A DNA stretch of 64,000 nt from Alphaproteobacteria bacterium RIFCSPHIGHO2_01_FULL_41_14 (GTDB taxonomy: Bacteria > Pseudomonadota > Alphaproteobacteria > UBA7879 > UBA5542), in contig MEMF01000002.1 of the NCBI GenBank assembly GCA_001767855.1, positions 168,893 to 232,892 of the forward strand, given 5' to 3'. The notes beneath the pieces are model-generated. The model saw nothing but the letters and a program-made list of their open reading frames with translations. It ran no database searches and was not told the origin of the DNA. The number at the start of each line of letters is the position of its first letter. Position 1 is the stretch's first letter. Shown here piece by piece: positions 57,277 through 64,000 of the stretch. The translations under genes and the position numbers were made by a program.

Positions 57277-57843
57277 TTAGTCTTCAATCACAACAATGGT
57301 ACGTCCGCGTCCCCTTTTACTGGAGGCAGGCTTCTTTGACTTAGAACTCTGACTCCCTTCGGGAGAAAGATCAGGCACAATACGAGAACGTCCCTTCGAA
57401 CCCATCATCACAAGAACTCTTTGTCCGACGGAAAGCTGAGAATCCTTTCCTTGCACGATGGTCAGGATGCGACCATCTCTGAGCTCTACGGAATATTCAA
57501 TACCATCTTGGGATTTTAATCCCTTTTCTAGTAACGAACCCCCAACTGCACCGGCAGCAGCACCCAGAACGGCCCCAACAACGTGTCCACTTCCATGGCC
57601 TACTTGAGACCCTAGAAGTCCACCCGCGAGTCCTCCGCCCAACAACCCTACTTTGTTGTCTTCCAGGCTATCCCCCCCTTGCACTTTAACGGCGCGGGAA
57701 GAGATAATGACACCCTTGTATGTATGTTTAACAGAACCAACATCATCCTCAGAATATTCATTGGAAGAGATGTTTTTGGCACAGTTGCTTAATAAGAGAA
57801 GAGCAGAGAGACTGAATACAATTAGTTTTTTCATTTTTTCCAT
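57277..57843 (-). CDS. glycine-zipper outer-membrane lipoprotein (SlyB / Rickettsia 17-kDa-antigen-like)
   Basis: Signal peptide with a lipobox-like LLSNC. Gly-zipper segment GLLGGGLAGGLLGSQVGHGSGHVVGAVLGAAAGAVGGSLL. Lys/Arg/Ser-rich C-terminus. Confidence 0.55.
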   Translation of the reverse strand: MEKMKKLIVFSLSALLLLSNCAKNISSNEYSEDDVGSVKHTYKGVIISSRAVKVQGGDSLEDNKVGLLGGGLAGGLLGSQVGHGSGHVVGAVLGAAAGAVGGSLLEKGLKSQDGIEYSVELRDGRILTIVQGKDSQLSVGQRVLVMMGSKGRSRIVPDLSPEGSQSSKSKKPASSKRGRGRTIVVIED

Positions 57844-57949
57844 CGTATATTAAAAAATAATAATCGCATATTTCCATAAATAGTCAATAGTTTCTCGTTG
57901 TAAAAAAAGAAGAAAATATCTTATGATAAAGAAAGCAGGGAAGGTCATA

Positions 57950-59443
57950 ATGATGAAAAAAATATTATTGTGTTTGGTTTGTTGGGGATTTTCTCTAATT
58001 GCAATGGCAAGATATACAGCTTTTGAGTGCAAAAATCTTAACACCTATGTAGGCTACTTGAAAAAAAGCAAGAAAGACATCTTATTAAGTCATCCTAAAT
58101 GTAATGCAGCAGCGTTGAGAACGGCTCTCAAAAATGAGCACACCAAAAAAAAATGGATCAACGAAATTGAGCAGCCCTACCAAGAGTATTTCGGACACCC
58201 TTCTGGGATTTTCCGGGATTGTGAGAATTGTATCTCTAAAGCTCCTTTTTACAGGTTGCCCTCCAAAGAAGAACGGCAGTCCGAGGGCTATGTCCTTGTT
58301 CTTTCTGTTGATGGAGGGGGCGTAAGGGGACTCATTCCCGCAAAAATACTGGAACATATCGAAAAACAGACTGGGGTGAAAGTGTCTGACATTTTTGATG
58401 TATTTGCGGGCACCTCCACGGGAGGATTAATCGCGCTTTATCTAAACATGCCCACAGAAGAGGGTAATGCCAAATATAATGCAACAGAATTGGTAGAAAT
58501 GTACCAGAAGATGTCTTCTAAAATTTTTTCCCATTCTAGTTATGTGCGAAAAATAAGAGGGACTGGAGGATTTTTTACCTCTCGATATTCGGCAAAGCCT
58601 TTTGAGCAACTCCTTAAAAAATATTTCCGGAATGTCACCATGGGCCAAACCGTGAATCCTGTTTTGGTGACATCCGCGAATATAAAATACAGAAAATCTC
58701 TTGAGTTTAGCACCCTCAATCTCCGGCAGCGAAAGGTCTTTTTGTGGGAGGCGGCGCGTGCAACAAGTGCAGCACCCACTTATTTTAAGCCCTATAGTAA
58801 TCTAAATACACAATATTTTTATCCTGATCGATCCAGAGAACGAGAAGTAGATCCTGAAACTGGAGAATTGAAACCTCTCCTGCCGGAAAGAGTCAAACTG
58901 ATTGATGGAGGGGTTGGCGTGAATAGTCCGTCCCAATCAGCCATTGACCTGGCCCGCACAATATATCCCAACAAGAAAATACTCCTTGTATCCCTTGGAA
59001 ATGGCATTTATCGCGGTAAAACCAAGTTCAAAGGATCTGGTGTTTTCGGAGGAGGCGCTTTTACCCTGACAGACCAAGGGCCTAATTTGGCGGGTCTCTC
59101 AGAAGGGATGTTGGATATTCCTTCCGATTATCAGGAAGAGAAAGCAAAAAGGGACCTATTTCATCATGGGGGGACTTATATCCGCATCGAGCCAACGCCA
59201 GAAAAAGACCCAAAATATGACATCCCTTTAGATGACGGATCTCCAAAAGCCATGGAAAAATTAAGCAGAATTTCTGAAAAAATGATTAAGGATAATAAGG
59301 AGTTGAAACGGCTTTTGGTTTTATTACCCTCATATCTTCAGTTGAAAAGAAAAGGAAAAGAGGCCCAGCAGGATCTCTCAGAGAGCCAAAAAACCTTCCG
59401 AGCAAAACAAGCGTTTTTCGAAAAGAGAGCAACGAGGTCATAA
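57950..59443 (+). CDS. secreted patatin-like phospholipase
   Basis: Signal peptide (MMKKILLCLVCWGFSLIAMA). Oxyanion GGGVRG, nucleophile GTSTG and catalytic DGG (LIDGGVG) are all present. Basic C-terminal tail. Confidence 0.8.
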   Translation: MMKKILLCLVCWGFSLIAMARYTAFECKNLNTYVGYLKKSKKDILLSHPKCNAAALRTALKNEHTKKKWINEIEQPYQEYFGHPSGIFRDCENCISKAPFYRLPSKEERQSEGYVLVLSVDGGGVRGLIPAKILEHIEKQTGVKVSDIFDVFAGTSTGGLIALYLNMPTEEGNAKYNATELVEMYQKMSSKIFSHSSYVRKIRGTGGFFTSRYSAKPFEQLLKKYFRNVTMGQTVNPVLVTSANIKYRKSLEFSTLNLRQRKVFLWEAARATSAAPTYFKPYSNLNTQYFYPDRSREREVDPETGELKPLLPERVKLIDGGVGVNSPSQSAIDLARTIYPNKKILLVSLGNGIYRGKTKFKGSGVFGGGAFTLTDQGPNLAGLSEGMLDIPSDYQEEKAKRDLFHHGGTYIRIEPTPEKDPKYDIPLDDGSPKAMEKLSRISEKMIKDNKELKRLLVLLPSYLQLKRKGKEAQQDLSESQKTFRAKQAFFEKRATRS

Positions 59444-59497
59444 AAACGTCCTATTTTTAAGCTTTTGATCTCTACTATGAGAATTGAATATTAGGTC

Positions 59498-61642
59498 TTA
59501 AGATCCCCCTGTACGTTGCTGAAGCTCTTCAAATCTTGAGAAGAGCTGTCCTGACATACTCTTCAGGTGCTCATACTGCTGTTCTAGTTCTTGATTTTGT
59601 TGTTCTAATGCCGTTGCCTTTTGCTTTAGATCTTGAAGCTCGGATTCTTTTAATTTTAATGTTTGTTCTTGGTTGCCAAGCTCTCTTTTGAAGGAAGCAA
59701 TCTGGTTTTCTTTGGTAGTTAGTTCTTCTATTGAAAATTCTTCCTGTCCCTGTCTCGTAGTAACTTCGTCTCTTAACTTCTGAAGGTCGTTTGATTGTTG
59801 TCTGACGAATTGCTTTTCCTTTTCTAATTGAGTTCTTAAGTCTTCTATTTCTTTTTCAGCCGCCGATTGCTGTTCTTTAGATTGTGCATCCAACGTTGCT
59901 CTTGATTGGCGAACGACTTCTAACTGGCGTTGGAGATTCGTCAGTTTCGTATCGAAGTCGATATTTTGACTCGTCATTGCTGTAAGCTCTGCATTGGCTG
60001 AAAGTAAAGCGCGTCTTAATTCTTCTACTTTTGGTCCGTCATTTTGAGGGATATTAAGTTGCTGTTGCAAGTTCGAAATAATCTGCTGCTGTTCTTCTAC
60101 TTTCTTCTTCAACGTTTTTCGGCCTTGCAGGTAACCATTTAATCTATGATTCAATTTTATTTGTTGTTGAAGAAGGGTTTCTTGTTTAGAGAGGCGATCT
60201 TTCAGTTCTTTAATTTCCAGGGATAGAGTGGACTCTCTAGCCTTAACAGTCGTTAAAATAGACTTAAATTGGCTTCGTAAAGCCTTCGAGTAATCCTTTT
60301 TACTCTCAGAACGTCCTTTCACATAGCCTCTCACAGCACCCCAGGCAAGCTGTGCACGTCTTTTTTTCATCTCTGCAACACGACGAGATAAGTTTCTGTT
60401 TTCTTCTAAAGTCTGTTGCTCTGCGGCCGTTCTTTTTCGAAGTTCTTCCTCGGCTTCTCCTTTTGCAGTTTCAGCCGCTGATAAAGAAGATTTGAGTGTG
60501 GCCAACTCAGATTGGAGAGCCTCGATTGTTGCCTTATTCCCAGCTTCAAGTTGCTGTAAGGAGTTTTGTAGTTGTATATTAGCCTGCTGCGCTGCTTGAA
60601 GTTCACGAAGTCGGCTTGAAGACCTGCTCATACTGAGATGAGATAACTTTTCCATTCTTTCTAAAAGCTTCGTATTTTTACTTTCTAAGGAACGAATCTT
60701 TGCTTGGTTTTCTCCCAGTGCCTTTTCGAAAATCAACCTGCTCTTGCGTTCTGATTGTGCATCTGTTTGATGGGCAGTAGAGTGACGCTTAAAGATTTCC
60801 ATTTGGGTTTGGAGATAATGCTCCCTTCCTTTTACTTTTCGAAGTTGATTGATTAAGAAGGATTGGGCTGCGGTAAGCTGTTGAATCTGATAATCAACCG
60901 CTTTTAGGGACATCCCCCTTTCCTCTATTTGAGGGGAGTCTGTCAATGGATCTAAGCGAGAGGTGGGGCTTCGTTTAGATTCCCTTTTTGGTAAAATAGA
61001 AGAAGAGGGGGGTAGGGTTTGTTGAGGAGAAGGAATTTCTTCTGGTGGTAAAAAGCTTGCCTTAACAGCAGATCTTCTGAATGGTATTGGGTTTCTCGAT
61101 GAAGGCACCGAGACAGAAGGTTGTTCACGACGCGGGGCATCAGAGAACACACGTCGCCAATTCCCTTCGCCCCACCTTTGTCCTTTATCTTGAGGGTGTC
61201 GCTCATAGGGTATTTGCTCCCATCTTCCTCTTGCAGAACAATACTTTTTAACTTTAGGAAAATTATATCTCTTGTCTATTTTCCTGTTGTCCCAAAGAGT
61301 CTGGCAAGATAGACTCCCGTTTTTTAATTGCAACAGAATTTGATCTTCTGGGGTTTTAGGGTCTATAGAAGAGGAAGGAACAGAAGCGAGAGTAGAAGTA
61401 AGAGGTTGAGAAGAAGTACAATACCGTTGAACATCGGGTAAATCATAGTCGAAAACACCCTCTATAACGCTTGCTCTTCCTCGTTTTTTATCTTCGAAAA
61501 GACCCTGACAAGAAATATCTCCCCGTTTCAAATAAGTAACAAGAAGAGATCCCCGATTTTTCTGAGTGTCCTTAACATCTCCTTGGCAGAGAGAACCAAC
61601 TATTAATATAGAAGACCATATAAATAAGATTTTTTTTGTCAT
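59498..61642 (-). CDS. secreted protein with a duplicated two-cysteine module followed by a >450-aa coiled coil
   Basis: Signal peptide (..VGSLCQG|DVKD). Two modules share L.LK.G..SCQ.L....K...YC.S. Then a Pro/Ser-rich linker, then a heptad-rich Q/E/K/L region running to the C-terminus. Confidence 0.5.
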   Translation of the reverse strand: MTKKILFIWSSILIVGSLCQGDVKDTQKNRGSLLVTYLKRGDISCQGLFEDKKRGRASVIEGVFDYDLPDVQRYCTSSQPLTSTLASVPSSSIDPKTPEDQILLQLKNGSLSCQTLWDNRKIDKRYNFPKVKKYCSARGRWEQIPYERHPQDKGQRWGEGNWRRVFSDAPRREQPSVSVPSSRNPIPFRRSAVKASFLPPEEIPSPQQTLPPSSSILPKRESKRSPTSRLDPLTDSPQIEERGMSLKAVDYQIQQLTAAQSFLINQLRKVKGREHYLQTQMEIFKRHSTAHQTDAQSERKSRLIFEKALGENQAKIRSLESKNTKLLERMEKLSHLSMSRSSSRLRELQAAQQANIQLQNSLQQLEAGNKATIEALQSELATLKSSLSAAETAKGEAEEELRKRTAAEQQTLEENRNLSRRVAEMKKRRAQLAWGAVRGYVKGRSESKKDYSKALRSQFKSILTTVKARESTLSLEIKELKDRLSKQETLLQQQIKLNHRLNGYLQGRKTLKKKVEEQQQIISNLQQQLNIPQNDGPKVEELRRALLSANAELTAMTSQNIDFDTKLTNLQRQLEVVRQSRATLDAQSKEQQSAAEKEIEDLRTQLEKEKQFVRQQSNDLQKLRDEVTTRQGQEEFSIEELTTKENQIASFKRELGNQEQTLKLKESELQDLKQKATALEQQNQELEQQYEHLKSMSGQLFSRFEELQQRTGGS

Positions 61643-61706
61643 ACCATCCCCTGTTTACTAATACGAGAATAAGTCACTTTGAATAATAATTCAATGACTG
61701 TTAATT

Positions 61707-62015
61707 TTAATTTATGCGTGCGTTCAGTTTGGTGGCGATCGAGCAAAGAGATGTCTCTGGCTGATGTGCAGTCGCATATAAAATCCGTTTTACACCCTGA
61801 TAGAGACAACGGAGACCTTGTCCTGGGGTTGCACATTCAACCGTCAAAGAGGTGTGGGGATAGAAGGCCAACTGGTCTTGATAGGCTTTGACAATGCCTG
61901 CACCCAATACAGATAGGGTAGAACTCGAGATAAAAAACTGAATGGGGTCTGAAGTTGTGAGGTAGGGCACCATTTCTTCCCAACAGGTGACAATAACCTT
62001 CTTATCCGCAGACAT
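61707..62015 (-). CDS. hypothetical 102-aa protein translationally coupled to dnaA
   Basis: Its ATG shares one nucleotide with the dnaA TGA (TGATG). It has no recognisable motif, and a competing + strand ORF (61679-61891) overlaps it. Confidence 0.3.
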   Translation of the reverse strand: MSADKKVIVTCWEEMVPYLTTSDPIQFFISSSTLSVLGAGIVKAYQDQLAFYPHTSLTVECATPGQGLRCLYQGVKRILYATAHQPETSLCSIATKLNARIN

Positions 62016-63379
62016 CAATGCCCCAGCATCTTTTCAAGAAGTGCCACATCATCCCGTAAGGTGGGATCATTTTCTTGGAGAGATTTGATGGCCTTCACTG
62101 CGTGCATCACGGTGGTATGGTCTCGTCCCCCAAACTTGCGTCCAATCTCGGGTAAAGATCGAGACGTCAATTGTTTTGATAGATACATAGCGACCTGACG
62201 AGGACGGGCGACGATCCGGGAGCGCTTGCTAGAATGCATATCGCTGACTCGGATATTATAGTGTTCAGCCACATGACGTTGGATTTCCTCTACCGTCACA
62301 TATTTTTCATTGGCTCGCAAAAGGTCTTTTAAAAGTTCTTGCGTTTTGTCTAAGGAAATATCGCTGCCTACAAGGGTGGCATGGGCCGTAATGCGATTTA
62401 AAGCACCTTCCAGCTCACGGATATTTGAAGTGATTTTATGAGCTAGAAACTCTAAAATTTCTGCGGGCATAGGAAGAGGCAAATTTTCAGCCTTGGATTG
62501 AAGGATGCCCAATCGAAGTTCGTAGGTGCTCGGGTGAATGTCTGCTACGAGCCCCCATCCTAACCGAGACCGCATCCGCTCTTCAATCCCCTGCATTTCG
62601 GAAGGAGATTTATCAGCAGAGAGGATAATTTGTCGTTTCTGATCCACAAGAGAGTTAAAAGTGTGGAAAAATTCTTCTTGGGTAGAGTCCTTACCGCTAA
62701 TAAACTGAACGTCATCAATCATTAAAATATCAACAGATCGAAGTTGTTCTCTAAAATTGATCATGGTTTTGTGTCTTAGGGCTCGAATGAACTGGTACAT
62801 AAACTTTTCAGCCGACATGTAAATGACGCGTCGGTTGGGCTGTGTTTTATGGAGCTTCCAGGCAACGGCATGCATTAAATGGGTTTTTCCAAGTCCGACA
62901 CCCCCATACAAAAAAAGAGGGTTGAAATAGACTTTGTCTGATTCCGCAACACGCTGAGCGGCGGCGTACGCAAGCTCATTGGGTTTGCCAACGACGAAAT
63001 TTTCAAATGTAAAGCGGGGGTCCAAGCCAGCGGTTGAGTTCTTTAAGAGATAGTTATCAAGCGCTTCCGGAGCAGATTCTTCTTCAGGGGCGACAAAGGC
63101 ATTGTTTTTAGGGGTGGATGCAGGCTTCTCTGATTCTTTTGCGATCACCTCGATGGTTTGGATACTGCCATCTTCTTTTTGCCACAGGGCTAAGATTTGA
63201 TTTAAATAACGGTTCGTAATCCAGTCTCGAATGAAAGGGGAAGGGACAGAAAGCAAGATACGGCTTCCCATATCTTCCTCAAATTCCAGAAACTTAAGCC
63301 AGCCTTTGTAAGTGGTCTGCCCAAAGACATCAGGCAACAATGATTGAACCCGATTCCAAATTTGTATTTTTTCAGTCAC
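62015..63379 (-). CDS. dnaA: chromosomal replication initiator protein DnaA
   Basis: GTG start. AAA+ Walker A GGVGLGKTHL, Walker B, sensor, and a C-terminal DnaA-box-binding HTH (the LTS.SLPEIG..FGGRDHTTV signature). Confidence 0.95.
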   Translation of the reverse strand: MTEKIQIWNRVQSLLPDVFGQTTYKGWLKFLEFEEDMGSRILLSVPSPFIRDWITNRYLNQILALWQKEDGSIQTIEVIAKESEKPASTPKNNAFVAPEEESAPEALDNYLLKNSTAGLDPRFTFENFVVGKPNELAYAAAQRVAESDKVYFNPLFLYGGVGLGKTHLMHAVAWKLHKTQPNRRVIYMSAEKFMYQFIRALRHKTMINFREQLRSVDILMIDDVQFISGKDSTQEEFFHTFNSLVDQKRQIILSADKSPSEMQGIEERMRSRLGWGLVADIHPSTYELRLGILQSKAENLPLPMPAEILEFLAHKITSNIRELEGALNRITAHATLVGSDISLDKTQELLKDLLRANEKYVTVEEIQRHVAEHYNIRVSDMHSSKRSRIVARPRQVAMYLSKQLTSRSLPEIGRKFGGRDHTTVMHAVKAIKSLQENDPTLRDDVALLEKMLGH

Positions 63380-63449
63380 AAGACTACCCCAGTTTAACTC
63401 CTAAAAAACCCTGTTACTTCTTTTGAGGAGGCTAAGAGAATATAAGAAT

Positions 63450-63710
63450 CTATAAAGATTTAATTTTTGTAGATAACCGAGCAATTTTACGAGAGGCTGC
63501 ATTTGCATGCATAAGCCCTTTTTTTGCTCCTTTTACGAGGAAAGGCTGGGCTGCTTTGAAAGCTGCTTGGGCAACTTCTTTTTGACCAGAGATAATAGCT
63601 TGCTCTACTCTTTTCACAGACGTCCGCAATGCGCTCATATGCGATTTGTTTATTTCCGTGCGATTCACTGTCTGCCGAATTCTCTTTTTTGCTGATTTAT
63701 GATTAGCCAT
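63450..63710 (-). CDS. rpsT: 30S ribosomal protein S20
   Basis: Begins MANHKSAKKRIRQTVNRTEINKSHMSALRT. It lies upstream of dnaA, an alphaproteobacterial arrangement. Confidence 0.9.
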   Translation of the reverse strand: MANHKSAKKRIRQTVNRTEINKSHMSALRTSVKRVEQAIISGQKEVAQAAFKAAQPFLVKGAKKGLMHANAASRKIARLSTKIKSL

Positions 63711-63744
63711 CTTCTTTAAACCTTTTTACTTAAAACTCCACAAA

Positions 63745-63773
63745 AATCTATACATTGTGGGGCGATATGTCAA
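63745..63773 (-). promoter_or_regulatory. sigma70-like promoter candidate for rpsT(-dnaA)
   Basis: On the minus strand: TTGACA (63773-63768), a 17-nt spacer, TAGATT (63750-63745), about 35 nt upstream of the rpsT ATG. Confidence 0.35.
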
Positions 63774-63778
63774 GCGCT

Positions 63779-64000
63779 TTAAGTAAAGAATCTAAGCTTC
63801 AAGAATTCATAGAGGGTAAAAAGCCCATACCCTGTAATTAAAGATCCTGAAATATAATTGATGTACCTAAAAAAGCGAGCGCTGGAACGTTTTTTGATAA
63901 AACTTACAAAAAAAGCTAACAGAATCCACCAACTCAGAGCTCCAAAAAACACGCCGATCACAAGAGAATATAACCCTACCGGGGGGAGAGGAGTTTCAAA
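63779..64000 (-). CDS. C-terminal part of an integral membrane protein (runs off the window edge)
   Basis: The minus-strand reading frame stays open to position 64000 (..FETPLPPVGLYSLVIGVFFGALSWWILLAFFVSF..). Hydrophobic helices. Family not assignable. Confidence 0.3.
   Translation of the reverse strand, partial: FETPLPPVGLYSLVIGVFFGALSWWILLAFFVSFIKKRSSARFFRYINYISGSLITGYGLFTLYEFLKLRFFT

Noticed and set aside
1-64000. screen for CRISPR arrays, IS elements or transposases, integrases, prophage genes, restriction-modification, toxin-antitoxin pairs and rRNA genes
   Set aside because: No short direct-repeat/spacer arrays, terminal inverted repeats flanking a transposase-like ORF, integrase motifs, or rRNA-like conserved stretches were seen. 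The only sizeable repeats are the two SBP leader copies.

Overview
The window looks like one contiguous chromosomal segment from a moderately AT-rich alphaproteobacterium. Gene content suggests a host-associated or intracellular Rickettsiales- or Holosporales-like lineage. This is inferred from conserved alphaproteobacterial gene neighbourhoods (rbfA-truB-rpsO-pnp, ymdB-yebC-ruvCAB-ybgC-tolQRAB, dprA-topA-rnr, amiC divergent from rne, leuS-lptE-holA, rpsT-dnaA), alphaproteobacterial families DUF465, DUF3576 and ELM1-like, a 17-kDa-antigen/SlyB-like lipoprotein, a secreted patatin, and many amino-acid and peptide importers. I count about 60 protein genes and one tRNA with a CAU anticodon. I saw no IS or transposase, phage, CRISPR, restriction-modification or toxin-antitoxin genes. 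Most of the window is core housekeeping. Six stretches look accessory or unusual. (1) A lipoprotein secretin followed by two large prepilin-type proteins, wedged between polA and rpe, with no pilus ATPase, platform protein or prepilin peptidase anywhere in the window. (2) An 873-aa secreted protein with AMIN-like repeats fused to two tandem Omp25-like beta-barrel modules. (3) A GT-C / GT2 / signal-peptide-GNAT operon with BepA-like and UDG genes, which suggests envelope glycosylation. (4) Three tandem mosaic SBP_bac_3 paralogues, two of which carry duplicated palindromic leaders, immediately upstream of a DAACS symporter and without any ABC permease or ATPase. (5) A cluster next to dnaA containing a SlyB-like lipoprotein, a secreted catalytically intact patatin, and a secreted protein with a duplicated two-cysteine module and a long coiled coil. 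(6) An AT-rich 330-bp intergenic region with head-to-head DnaA boxes. Smaller oddities are ruvC lacking any canonical start codon, a small ORF translationally coupled to dnaA, and a tol cluster without pal.
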